Assembly (NCBI GenBank): GCA_040954595.2
Contig: CM082581.2
Span: forward strand, 3,340,699-3,404,698
DNA: 64,000 bases
From: Balanoglossus misakiensis
Taxonomy: Eukaryota > Animalia > Hemichordata
Direction of reading: 5' to 3'
The notes below the pieces were generated by a model. That model ran no database searches. It worked only from the letters and a program-made list of their open reading frames with translations, and was not told the DNA's origin. Position 1 is the first letter of the stretch. Each line of letters opens with the position of its first letter. Position numbers and translations under genes: made by a program. Positions 12,601 to 23,682 of the stretch are shown here, in pieces.

Positions 12601-15600
12601 CAGCATGGGAGCTTAAAAACCAGCTTTCACTTTCCCTTGAGTTCCAATCATTCGTTGTCCAGACAGCGTTTTTTGAGTTGTTCAATATTATCAACCAGCC
12701 AACTGAAACGGTTATCTTACCTTGTCATCAAGAATGCCTTGGTCTTGCAGTTCAGGTGCCAGATACATAGAATCCAAGCTTGTATTTGCACTGATACTTC
12801 TGTATGATACACTGCCATTTTCTTTGATCAATGTGGATGACAAAGAAATGTATGATGCTACAGAAAATAAAATGCATACAAGAAAATACATCTTCATCAG
12901 AATCAAAAGTCACAACATGAACACAAGAATTGCAATTACTTTACTGCCTATTTACTTTGCAATATAAATCTTATAATATAGGGTTATGATCTATGCAGGC
13001 TGGTTGAACTTTGAAGGACACTGGATGGTCAACGACAATCAGGCCATGCAATTTTGTCCACATCAATGACAACAGAGCTGAGTCCAAAAGTGAAATTGTG
13101 TGAGAAAATTACAACATATGATTGTATACAGGCAAAAAAAACAAAGCTTTCCAAAAACGACAAATGGACTACAAACTACAGTTTCAATATACTTACGAAG
13201 AACTCCTTTACTCTTCACTATTGCCAGTACGCACTGTCTACACAAAGCCCAAATCTCCTCCTCCAATAATGGACTATTCCTAACTTCTAAGATCTCTTGA
13301 ATCGACTTGGAGTTGCTTTCCTTTTGAGATTTTGATTTGTGTTGCGTTTTCTGTTCAATACTTGTTTTGGTTTTTCTTGATTTTTCTACACTTAATCCTT
13401 CATCCCTTGGCGAGATTGGTACAAATCCTTGCCTCTTTCCTTTCTCCTCCTCCTTTGTTTTTGCATAACTTTTGTGAGATATTTGTTCATCACTCGTAGA
13501 GGTAACATTAACAGCTCCAAGTTCCAAGCCATCACCTTTCCTCTTCGGTAAAGGTATGTTGCTTGAGGGTTTCTTCTCAGACTCTGATATGGTTTCTACA
13601 TCAGTACAATGTGTCTTGGCCTCGGTATCCGATTTTCCAGTAGTTATGTTGATTTCAGGAAAGCTTCTTCTTGCAGCTGATTGGACAGAAATGCCAACTT
13701 CATTTCCTGTCTTCGGTGAGTACAACTTATTCAAAATGTCTTGAGCTCTTTTTGAAAGCTGATCAAAAGCTGCGAGAGCATTTTCAGAACTTCCTTCTGA
13801 ACTGTTCCCAGTGTCCTCCATACTTTCTAAATGGGCATTAGTTGTAGTGGGTTGATGTTGTTTGTTGTCAATCCTTGGAAATTCTCCAATAACTACAGCA
13901 TCTGTAAACCCTTCATCCAATTCTGAGCCTCCACTGTATCCTGGACTTCCAAAGATTGGTTTGACGGTGTCCCATTTTCTGACATCTAAAAAAAAATATA
14001 TGCAAACAAAGTCATACTGTGAATCACACATCCACTTCAGACAAACAAAACTTATCTTGGGGCATATTTCTCCTCACAGCTTTATCTCATGAATAGAAAA
14101 GATTGAAATTGAAAGTAGCTTTTTATAGAGGTACAATAAACATAAAATACAGATTCAGATCTGAAGCTTCCTATAGGTGATCTGAGTTACTTATCATTTC
14201 ATGTTCCTGACACAAGAAAGACCTTTTAGTTTTACCTGCATATTTATAATGATGTAATTTCCAAATTGCACTATGGCATAATCAAAATGTTGTTTGCCAA
14301 TTCACTATGGGTAATTAACTATGTGTATACTTTTTCATGAGCTACATGTACAAGGAATTTTATTAAAACTCTTTGGAAGAAGAGGACGCCCTCAACAACT
14401 AGGAGACTAGTTCAAACTTGTTCTTTGTATCGTTTATATTGTCTGCATGTTGTGTATTGTAATCTTTGTAACTTTTTTTCTTTGGTCTGTTGCAAAGGTT
14501 ATAACTAAATATATGGACCAAGTTGTGGTGTCAAGTATTTTGAAACTATTTATAATATTTATAATGACAAAGGCAGATAGACAGGCAGAGACACTCCCTG
14601 ACCTGTTACCGGTATATGTACATACCACATGGGAGTTAATAATAGAACATTGCAGTGGTTGTATTATGGGTGGAACCCAGGTAAATGATACTGGGTTCCC
14701 CAGTCATTTTACTGGGAGTCCCCATGGTGTATCAATGTAGTCATATACTATGTTCACACTGGGTCAAATGTTTCAGAGACACAGTTTGCAATTTGTAAAC
14801 ACAGAGAATTATTCCTTTGAGTCACTTTGTGTCCACACACACAAAGTTTAAAGGGACAAAGTCTCTCTCGCTGCCCTTTTTTCATTAATTATGTTTGATA
14901 CAAGACACCGTTTATGTTAATGTACATGTGGATATATAGTGAATGAACATTCAACCACACACAACTTCCATCCCCTTTGTATGATATGAGAGTAAAAACT
15001 CACCCAAAATGAATAAATGATAGAGACCGATTATTCATTTTGGTGAGTTTTTCACTCTCGTTCTACAAGTGGGATGGAAGTTGTGTGCGATCAAACATTG
15101 ATTCACTATATATCCACATGTAGAATAACATAACCAGTGTCTTGTATCAAACATAATTAATGGAAAAAGAGAAGCGAGAGAGAGAGATACTTTGTCCTTT
15201 TACGCATAGACCCAGGGGCTCTACCATATAGACTTATAATCATCTTGTCAATGGAAGTATTATAAAAATGATGAACAAAATGAGTTAAATGCCAGTCTTA
15301 CCAGTAACATTACCACTGGCTGAGGGATCAGATGAATGTATACCAAGTCCAATAGATGAGAGTTCATAACACACTGCTCTTGATGACAATCCACCTAAAT
15401 GTTGATCACAGATGTGTAATACTTGTTGTAAGGTGGGTCTTTCTCGGATGGAATCAACACACAGTTTGGTCAGCAAATCACACAGCTCATTACTGATTGA
15501 TAACTCCGAGGAATTTGATAAGTTATATTCAATTGCTGTCCACAGTGTGTTGCCTAATGAATAAAGATGACCCTGCAAGAACAAAGACGAACAATTATGA

Positions 15601-18600
15601 AAATGCAAAACAATGTGCCCGGTAATACATTGACAAACACAGTTCTGATCATAAAATGAGCATACACTTAGACATTTGCACAACAGTTTCTTAAAGGGAC
15701 AAAGTCTCTCTCTCGCAGCCCTGTTTCCATTAATTATGTTTGATACAAGGCACCGTTTATGTTATTCGACATGTGGATATATAGTGAATCAATATTCAAC
15801 CACACACGACTTACATCCCACTTATAGACACCCAAGTGAAAAACTCGCCAAAATGAATAATTGGTCTGTACCTTTATTCATTTTGGGCGAGTTTTTACTC
15901 TCACATCATACAAACAGGATGGAAGTTGTGTGTGGTCGAACATTGATTCACTATAAAACGGTGTCTTGTATCAACCATAATTAATGGAAAAGGGGCAGCG
16001 AGAGAGAGACTTTGTCCCTCTAAGAATATTTTCTGCCAGGTGCTGCGATCGTGAAACACTTTTGAAATGGGTGACACTAAAAGGTAGTGTACAATACAGC
16101 AAAATGGCAATTATGAGAACACCTGGGGAGATTAGCTTTCAGTTCAGATATACGATCAGTTTTTGTATGTGATCTTGAGGGGGTGCGTCAAATTAGGTCA
16201 AGCATGTTGCGTATACGTTTCATTACGTTCATGGATGTGTGTTACTGTTTCAAAGATGATATGGCAAAACTTGTGGATATCAATTTGATAAAACCTTGAA
16301 GCTGTTTGATAATCATATGAAAATATCTCTATGTTTACATTTAAGCAAAGCATGGTGTTTGACAGGTCTTTATTATCGACTATGCCATTTTGTTTCCTTT
16401 CATTTGCATATCAATTGCGTATGGAAAGCACTGCCAGTGGTTTCACAGCAGTGTATCAAAACTGGTTTCACACATATCTGGTTCATGTGTGAACCTTGTC
16501 ATAACTTTTGTGTTCAGCCGAAGATCCAGATTGACAGCTGTCATGACTGTTTCAATATTCACATCTCTTTAGGGCATTGTCGGTCCGCATGTGTAAGGGT
16601 GACGGTTTGGACTGACTGTCATGCTTTTGTGATTATTTCGTTTAATCCTATTGTTCACACCTCTGTTGAATTGCACATTACTGTACATGCAACAACAAGC
16701 AGTTAGATTTTTGAAAGACAAAACTTTCTTGAAGTGCCAAGCAAAACAGTTTGTCCACACACATTGCGGGGTCATGGAGGTAGTTCAGATAGCCGAACAA
16801 GACGGATAATCGACATTTGACTGTGTGCCCCACTTTGAAAATGATACACTTGAGAGTTACTCACACGCCAGATATAGACAAGATGAAAATGCAGTGATCA
16901 TCATTTCTATAAACAAGAAAAGATTTCAGTGTGAGATCTGGATTTCCAAATACAATTCTGTTGCGACCAGTAGAATGGCATGAAAATATGTAAAATCGAT
17001 CTGATTTTCCCATTTTATATCATCATTTTTGACTCAACTACAACAGTTTAGATATCTATAACCTTACTATTTTGAATTCAGTTATAAATTTGCAAAGCCA
17101 TTCAAAGACCATTAATTGTTCAGATAAAAAAATACAAACGTTGCAAGATTGACACTACTTTTATTACAAAAATAGTGTCAAGGACGATTTTAGAACTTTT
17201 GCCAATATGGGCTCATGCATCACAAGTGAGCAAAGACTTGATATACAACACCTGTTTGTTTGTTTTGTTTTCAAAAAGAATGACAGGGAAATTTTACCCA
17301 AAACAAGTCAGATTGTATGTTTGAAATACTGTATCCATGATATATGGTGATGAAAAGTTGCTCTTTGTTTCTAATATAATTCAAACGACATTTAACATTC
17401 TTTATTTTTGAGAACAAATCTGGAAAAATAAGCCCCCTTTTCAGAGTCTTCCTGTCAACTGCAGGCATTTACAGTTCTATACAATACAAAGACATCATGG
17501 ATACAGTCCAAGTGTTAGACATTGCAATGTATCATATGACATGCCTAGCAATCCTGGATTACCAAGTTTCTCAAGAATCCATCCAACTTCAATCACAAAA
17601 TTTGGCAAACCTTTGACAAGTTCTAAATAGCTGCTGGCAAATCTCTCAAAATACACTAATCTACAGTTATGAAACATGTTGCAAACTGACATTTCAAATT
17701 TGTCTAGATTTACTTGATGAAAAATAAACACCTCACCTGTCAAACTGCATTCCTACTCTATTTGCCATACCCAAGCAAGTACATTGACAGTCAGTGAGAA
17801 GTAACTGTAATAATTAGCTGGCATTCCTTCAGGGCAAACCGGTAGCACAGTACCATAATTTGCAAATAACATTGAAAACAGACATACTTTGAAATCACCC
17901 ACTAGACTGAGCATTTGAAAAAATCACCAGTGAAACACATACTCTATGGGATTTGAACCTTTCAGAATGGTATTAAGTACCAGTTGCACTTTGGGTTAAT
18001 GCCTGTCATGTTAAGAGTTAAAAAAAAAAACATTTACAACATGCTTAATCCTTATGATTAAGATTTCTTCATCACTTAGAATGTTACTGGGATATGCACC
18101 CCAATTTTGAAGAGACAGGTACACTTACGGTACAATAAAGTTGTAAGGTAACACAAGGGTAACAATGAACACACAACACCATTATGCAACAACTCTCAAA
18201 TAAAAAAAATCAATGCAAGAAACCAACCTGTTTTTCTCCCCAGCAATAAAAGGAGGGTGATATCCTACTATAATGACACTTTTTATACTTGATTGGCACA
18301 CAAGAGTCCACTCTAACCAAAGTGAGCGAGATACAGGAGGTCAACTGTGGAATAGGTTGGCAGCCACACTATGCTACATACAATACATACAGTCACAAAA
18401 TGGGTCAAAGGACAGAGCAACCAACAATGGCTCATTTGCATGTAATCTTAGAGTCAATAGTGATTATCAGCACATAACTGTTAACTCTAGAAGTGATCCT
18501 TCTGCAACAAAGGAAACACTATAACCTGAAAATCACATTACCGTACTCACCATCACAGAACACAAATAGAAATGGGAACTGAGGCAGGAAATTCCTCTGA

Positions 18601-19058
18601 ATCACATTACTTCTTGGTTTTGTACGAGAAAAACGGATTGATTGCTTATAAAGCTGAGTCATGTCATATGATTTCCTGGCATGGAACTCCACAAAAAAAT
18701 GCTTGTTTTTTACCTCATGATAGCTCAGATTCAAATGGGACCAAAATTGGTTGACATTCAAACTAGAAAAAAAGGCAGAAAAATGTTGATCGAGGCATTT
18801 GTGAAGACTTGTGTATATTATTGATCCATTTCACTGAGTACAAAGGGTCTAACAATACTTCACTCTACACACAGACTCTATCCCCCAGCACTAGGACTTC
18901 ACAGAACAAAACCGATGAGGAAAGCCAATTTCTCAAAAACTAAAACTACTTCACTGAAAATTTCCACCAATTATACTTAAACTTTAATTTCAATCTGAAA
19001 TGAAAATAAACATGTTTCAGTAATATCGTGTTTTGTACTTCTTATTGATACATGTACC

Positions 19059-19091
<33 letters not shown>

Positions 19092-22000
19092 GGCTCATGA
19101 AGGGCTGAACAGAGTCATGTCAGATTTGGTATACAGGTAAATTTTGGGGTGTGGCTTATATTAATTAAATTATCAAGGATCAATCCTCTTTCTGATACTT
19201 GTTTTCTGTTAGACACAACAGGACAGCATTGTCAAACAAGGGATTACTATACCGATTTGGATGAAAACAAACATATAGCAATCTCACAAAGTTGTGATGG
19301 GTCTATGAGATTCATAACAATATCTGCTCATTGCATTATGAACTTTGGTAATTAGTACCATATTTCTAATTTGATGGAACTTGCTACAGTTATTCATCTG
19401 ACACTAATCTAAGAGTGGAAGAGTGTTAATAATTAATGGATAATTTTCATAATAAACAAATATGTGCAATTGAATTACATAGCTTTAATACTTTATAATT
19501 CTAGAGTTTCATCACCAGAGATATTGTTTTCATGTGTATTTATCTGGACTTGGGACACATTGCATGTTCTGATCAGCTATTTAAAAATTTGCATAAAAGT
19601 TTTACTAGTTAGAGATATATTCTTATAATTACTACATGTATTATAATGAAATATGCTACAATTACTAATCTGACAAACGTTTGTCAAGGCAACTTTTTTG
19701 TCTTACTGTTTTAGTTTTTCTGAATAAAAAGAATCAAATACTACTACCGGTACTACATTTTGGCATAGCTGGTCTATGGGTAAACATCACCTCATAAGGC
19801 CAGATGAAAGTGTGACACAAGACCTTTGACCACATACTATAGCCAGGTACTCCGGTGGTGAAAATGAAAATGCATCTTGCAAAATAAGCAAACCACTGCA
19901 CATTTTTGATCATTACGCTAATTTCCTTGAAACATGTTGAGTTTCATATGATACTCCCATGAAAAATTTAGAGATTTTTTACTGCATTCAGTAATATCAT
20001 TTTCCAGCACCATTCATACATTATAAAATCACCTGTAGATGGCAGTAATAGAGGGAACAGTTTCTTTTAAATCCTAGTTACCCTTAGCAGTGTGAGAAAG
20101 AGAATAATCTCAATAGTTTGTAAGCAAGGGTAGATACGATCATCAAGTGAAGAATCCCTGTTTCTCACACTCCTGGCCGCTGGGAGTGTGGGATAGATCG
20201 ATCCCACGCTCTCGCAGAATTGAAAGCTCTATGTGACGCGAGCACTGATTGGATGACAAAGCGTTTTGTACTAATGCACGCTAAATGTTACCCAATGGCG
20301 CAAAGTGTAATACATAGACAGAAACTACAACGTACGAGACGACATTTACAGTCAATTATTCAATGTTTCTAATGCGAATTTGGCTATTTTTGTGTCGTGT
20401 GAGAAATAGAATCTCACACACCAAGGATCTGGGATCGTATTTCTCACACGAGTTGGGGATTTTTCGTCCCACACGAGCCGCAGGTCTTTCGGAGGGTGAG
20501 ATTCTATTATTCTCAATTGGTGTGACAAAGGTGTTATTTCCTTCTTCAGTAACCCCATTTACCCCTTGATATGGGGGGCATATACATAGGGCATTGGAAC
20601 TAACATTTCCTCACCTAATAAGTAATTATCTGGAATAGTTTGTTGCAATACATGACGTGCCTTGGAGCTCAAAGTATAATAACATAAACAAGTGCTGCAC
20701 ATGTACATGTAACATTCTGCAAGCAATGGCAAATTTAAGATACTGTGACATGTTCAGAAGATTTTGCTAATATGATATGTCACATTGGATTGTAGGATGG
20801 ATTTAACATGCATCAGAAGTACATGTACATATGGAGTATTGGTATTCAACAGCTACAGCCACTGCCTAGTATTATAAAAGACCTTCCATGACCAATGTAG
20901 AATACAAAGAACACCATGATAAAGGTTTAACTGCAATGACTATGTGTGACATATGGTGATAAAATAACAAATAACTGTGGTGAGTGGCAAGGGATATGGC
21001 AGTAACATGGCCATAATCCTATCACGGCATATCCATGTTGTTGGAACTAATAAAGTAATCACCACATTTCACAATAAGCATTTCAACACCAAGTCCCGAC
21101 AAATACAGGACAATAAATGAAAATCAGACACTCCTTTACCTTGATTGAATTTCCAAACTTGGCATACTCTGGTGGTCGGTACCATTCATCTGGCCTCACT
21201 GTAAACAGGAACAACAAAGAAAACAAACAATCAGTTAGCCTCCACAGGACAACAGGATTAACATTACAACTCAGGTCAAGGTAATGCTGGGGTCAAAAAC
21301 CCATTATTACTGAAGCACTACAATGGGTGAATCATTTGATACGAGAGCTAGAAGAGTGATGGTGGCTTTGTTATTTATTTTCTTCCTGTGGAAGTGTTAG
21401 CTTAGTGAATTCTAGAAGCACTCTAACCTTCCATTAGCATATAAACTGAGATTATTCAATAACCTCTGAAGTCCAATTTGAGTTATACTAAATTACTAAA
21501 CAGTCAGGTCATCAGCAAATAGAAGGAAAAATAAATGCAAATTGATTCATGGTCCACAGCATGACCAATATCATTTATATAAATAAAGTGAACAAAAGTG
21601 GAGACAGAATGCTACATTCTTGAACACCAAGCTCACTGCTATAGAAATTAATGATACCAGAAGGAGATCAGGTACAGACTGTCACATAAGAGTACATGGA
21701 CTCTACCTTCAACAGTGAACACCCGCATTCAACAGCTAGCAAAATAAAATATAATGGTTTCCACGATCAAAAGCTTTCTCAAAATCAATAAAGGCACAGT
21801 GAAGTCGGCCACTTAATTGCAAATACCTTGTTACAATAGTATGCAAAATAATGTTATCGATAGTGGAATATTTTTGATGAAAACCAGCTTGTTCTTCAAT
21901 GAGTGGAAAATTAGAGTAAGACCATGATACATGTAGTATAAAACCTGTCTAAACCAAACCCTGTCCAATCTGGAAACCTGTCTACACCCTGTATATCAAA

Positions 22001-23682
22001 CAAATTTTTCTGTCCTTTTGCATAGAACCACGTTCAGAAAACTCTACAAACCAGACACCTCTGCAAACAGAATTTCTCCAGTCCCTTTGGTGTCCGGTTT
22101 AGACAGGTTTGACTGTAGTAATCGTTGGTAAATGATATTGCTGAAAACCATGTTAATTGTAGGAAAGTAAAGTAATTCTTCTATACTTATATATGTAATT
22201 GTTGACACTTTTTATGTAATGGGACAATCAGGTCTTGAGCCCATTGTTTTGGAAAACAACCTGTACCAAGAATGTTATGGTATTTCACTGCATTCATGTA
22301 AATGAGTAAACGAGTGGGACTACTTTGTGTGTTTTTTTTTGTTAACATTGAACTCCAAGATTCCAAGAACACTAGAGCTGAGCATTTTCTACGATCAGTG
22401 AAACGTGGGGATTATTCAACATAATTTGACCAAAGGAACGAACATCTCTGCGTTGCCTCATCTCGGCCGCACAACGGTACTGAAAATCAAAATGCCACAA
22501 TTGAAAGTTCGTCAGATCTGAGGAAACATAACAGAACCACATGCCCTCTGCACGTAATTTCTGAACAGAAATTATTTTCATTCATGATGTGGGGTGTGCT
22601 GGTGAAAGTACTGTCGCACACTACACTGCACCGCTCTTCCATTTGGCACGAGCACACTCCACATCATGAGTTGAAATAATTTCTGTTCAGAAATTATGTG
22701 CAGAGGGCATGGGGTTCTGTTATGTTTTTAAGCCTGTTTTCCAGTTTGTTGCACCAGCTGTTATGCACACACAGCATTGTCAAGATTATTGTTACAAGTG
22801 TGAACTACAGTAAAGAATAGGTACTGACTGAAGGAGTGCAGCCGTTCTCTAGTACTGTTTACATTTTTGACAAGCTAAGGTCATGTTGACAAATAACAGT
22901 GTTTCATCAAGGATGGCATCAACAGGGGGGGGGGATATGTCCCCCTTTGCCAGAATATTTGGGGTGGGGGATTCACTCTGGCAAGGGGGAACGTAATATC
23001 TCCAACATGTGATTGACATCAGGAATATATAGACAAATGAAAAAAAGTAATCACAACATTTGCTGTGAAGCATTGCTGTGAAGCATGAGTAGAGGAGTCA
23101 GTGAACATTTCAGATGCTTTGACTTGTAATACAATCAAACACACTGTGAAACCTGTCTGCCTGCACATAACCCAGAAAGCCTTCTGTGTTTAGAAAGCCA
23201 AAAAGGTCCAATTTCAATCACTTCATCGCCATGTTATATAATACCAGGTTCACTATAGAACTTTAAGTAAAACAGCAACCTTCATCAGCTTGCCATGCAG
23301 GCAGGAAATGAATGAACATGTTACCATGGTGACTAAGTTAACAAACAGTTGAATAGGAAACTATTCAAGTACAGACAGGTTACACTCATACATCATACAT
23401 ATCAATTAACTCACCATCCGTAGAATCTACGAAGCAGACACCACCGGTTGCATTAAAAGTCAGTGTTTCTGGCGTTACGCACAGCGTAGTGAATAATTCC
23501 AGTGAAGTCAATTGGATTGAATTGAGAGCTAGGCAAGTTTCTCTACATATCGCCAGAACTTCGCTTTCAGTTAGACACGCTTCGCTGAGTTGTAGTACAT
23601 CGGACAGAGTGACTAGTTCTTCATCTTCTTGTAAAGTTGGGAGTGGTTCGAAGTCAATTATCCCAAGAACTGAATGCGCCAT
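435..23682 (-). CDS. KNDC1: KIND domain-containing RasGEF (very-KIND/KNDC1 orthologue); 15 coding exons in window, 3' part (CDC25 GEF domain) continues past position 1
   Basis: Manually spliced GT-AG exons with compatible phases: 23682-23415, 21198-21140, 15572-15314, 13985-13197, 12857-12721, 11953-11795, 11221-8974, 7964-7814, 7532-6446, 5222-5123, 4629-4473, 3418-3290, 2756-2646, 1848-1701, 617-435. Peptides DFEPLPTLQEDEE, LCVTPETLTFNATGGVCF, GHLYSLGNTL, AFDGYLENG, SEKFCDLYWEE, EVEQQL and LQAGTPLGL match vertebrate KNDC1 as I recall it. Confidence 0.92.
732..905. mobile_element. TTAA-target MITE (Kolobok-like)
   Basis: TTAA|AGGTAT...GTGACTGTATACCT|TAA; internal match to 5588-5695. Confidence 0.6.
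1109..1678. mobile_element. TTAA-target MITE (Kolobok-like) hosting a nested insertion
   Basis: TTAA|AGCCCCAATAGCTGCCA...TGGCAGCTATTGGAGCT|TTAA. Confidence 0.7.
1189..1413. mobile_element. AGGGACAAAG foldback MITE family, internally deleted copy
   Basis: TTAA|AGGGACAAAGTCTCTC...GAGAGACTTTGTCCCT|TTAA. Confidence 0.8.
1701..1848 (-). CDS. KNDC1: KNDC1 exon 14 (REM; absent from ORF track)
   Basis: KVHCRAMDIIQVWMEGFYEVDFRNDTELSQQLVHFI; donor AAG|gtaagg. Confidence 0.87.
2646..2756 (-). CDS. KNDC1: KNDC1 exon 13 (REM)
   Basis: LLEGYLHHFFYTYRYFATAKELFKFITDRY, the typical REM F-x-x-T-Y-R-x-F motif. Confidence 0.88.
   Translation of the reverse strand, partial: ASVVGRISSPFFLHISLFCNSERVVQVHYRQIQQCI
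2830..3110 (+). pseudogene. Tx1/L1-clade LINE ORF2 relic (zf-RVT region)
   Basis: WKIIY...TKETKLREFQWKLLH then frameshifted LPCNKYLF, typical of Tx1-like ORF2 C-termini. Confidence 0.6.
3290..3418 (-). CDS. KNDC1: KNDC1 exon 12 (start of RasGEF-N/REM)
   Basis: LQAGTPLGLFSYLFA. Confidence 0.87.
4048..4366. mobile_element. Old TTAA-target MITE
   Basis: TTAA|AGGGACATTAC... with a degenerate right end before TTAA near 4367. Confidence 0.45.
4473..4629 (-). CDS. KNDC1: KNDC1 exon 11 (coiled coil)
   Basis: QIAEMSKKVNFLESAKRHLEMLYAEQWGL; donor gtaagt. Confidence 0.85.
5123..5222 (-). CDS. KNDC1: KNDC1 exon 10 (coiled coil)
   Basis: EVEQQLVIECRMKAKSEKFYKKL; AG/GT bounded. Confidence 0.87.
5700..6275. 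mobile_element. TTAA-target MITE (Kolobok-like) inserted between fragments of two other MITEs
   Basis: TTAA|AGGTCCCATGCCATGC...GCATGTCATAGACCCT|TTAA. Confidence 0.6.
6446..7532 (-). CDS. KNDC1: KNDC1 exon 9 (Ser/Asp-rich)
   Basis: Within 383-aa ORF; acceptor phase fits exon 8; donor TCT|gtaagt. Confidence 0.83.
7596..7792. mobile_element. Partial AGGGACAAAG foldback MITE
   Basis: Matches the left arm of the 14852 and 59585 copies. Confidence 0.65.
7814..7964 (-). CDS. KNDC1: KNDC1 exon 8
   Basis: KYITSLANLKWTTFTSAVSEKFCDLYWEEEVLEKLFEAVNG. Confidence 0.88.
8012..8185. mobile_element. TA-TSD MITE, inverted copy of 96-299
   Basis: Reverse-complement similarity to 96-299; TA|CTGTAAAAC...GTTTTACAG|TA. 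Confidence 0.75.
8270..8510. repeat. Complex degenerate tandem repeat
   Basis: Reiterated GCTACATCACAAAAATATGT, TGGAATTTATTCAATTTTCTGAATT and ATCGGGTACATTCTGG blocks. Confidence 0.65.
8820..8950. repeat. About 130-bp imperfect hairpin (small MITE-like)
   Basis: TAACCCCGCCACAG...CTGTGGTGGGGGTTA; inner ATTTGGGTACAATT/AATTGTACCCAAAT and CATATAGCAC/GTGCTATATG pairings. Confidence 0.7.
8974..11221 (-). CDS. KNDC1: KNDC1 exon 7 (about 2.25 kb low-complexity exon)
   Basis: 757-aa ORF with AG just before 11221 and donor G|gtgagt; ends in conserved VIKLIRETYAFDGYLENG. Confidence 0.88.
11795..11953 (-). CDS. KNDC1: KNDC1 exon 6 (KIND2 C-terminal part; absent from ORF track)
   Basis: 159 nt, TCLFGIAAMLWSAADWRLSP...LLIKMTQDSRDDRPSLDYVAK; AG/GT bounded, phase 0/0. 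Confidence 0.87.
12721..12857 (-). CDS. KNDC1: KNDC1 exon 5 (KIND2)
   Basis: PSYISLSSTLIKENGSV...MYLAPELQDQGILDDK; donor gtaag. Confidence 0.87.
13197..13985 (-). CDS. KNDC1: KNDC1 exon 4 (linker and start of KIND2)
   Basis: Within ORF 13063-14031; ends SIQEILEVRNSPLLEEEIWALCRQC; donor C|gtaagt. Confidence 0.85.
14852..15199. mobile_element. AGGGACAAAG foldback MITE (Kolobok-like, TTAA target)
   Basis: About 350 bp near-palindrome; left TTAA intact. Confidence 0.8.
15314..15572 (-). CDS. KNDC1: KNDC1 exon 3 (KIND1 C-terminal half)
   Basis: GHLYSLGNTLWTAIEY...RERPTLQQVLHIC; kinase C-lobe-like motifs. Confidence 0.88.
15695..16019. mobile_element. AGGGACAAAG foldback MITE
   Basis: TTAA|AGGGACAAAGTC...GACTTTGTCCCT|CTAA. 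Confidence 0.8.
19057..19092. repeat. (TCTG)n microsatellite
   Basis: Direct reading. Confidence 0.9.
20090..20530. mobile_element. Dispersed repeat with internal palindromic motifs, unclassified
   Basis: Reverse-complement copy at about 56680-57045 and a partial copy at about 30873-30986 (CTAAATGTTA.CCAATGGCGC...GTCAATTATTCAA). Confidence 0.65.
21140..21198 (-). CDS. KNDC1: KNDC1 exon 2 (KIND1, VRPDEWYRPPEYAKFGNSIK)
   Basis: 59-nt AG/GT-bounded exon, phase 1 to 0; PPE motif of KIND. Confidence 0.85.
21934..22116. mobile_element. Tigger/pogo-like MITE
   Basis: AAACCTGTCTAAACC...GGTTTAGACAGGTTTGACTG|TA. Confidence 0.65.
22200..22300 (-). pseudogene. LINE (CR1/L2-like) reverse transcriptase fragment
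   Basis: NILGTGCFPKQWAQDLIVPLHKK matches the G-x-F-P-x-x-W...IVPLHKKG motif before the RT domain. Confidence 0.6.
22524..22727. repeat. Foldback with about 75-bp arms
   Basis: AAACATAACAGAACC.CATGCCCTCTGCAC.TAATTTCTGAACAGAAATTAT mirrored on the right. Confidence 0.8.
23415..23682 (-). CDS. KNDC1: KNDC1 coding exon 1 (start, KIND1 N-terminal half)
   Basis: MAHSVLGIIDFEPLPTLQEDEELVTLSDVL...GGVCFVDSTD; in-frame TGA upstream of the ATG; donor G|gtgag. Confidence 0.9.

Noticed and set aside
17900-18010. B-box-like GGTTCAAATCCC on the minus strand (also GGTTCGAATG near 62251)
   Set aside because: No cloverleaf can be built; at most a SINE remnant.
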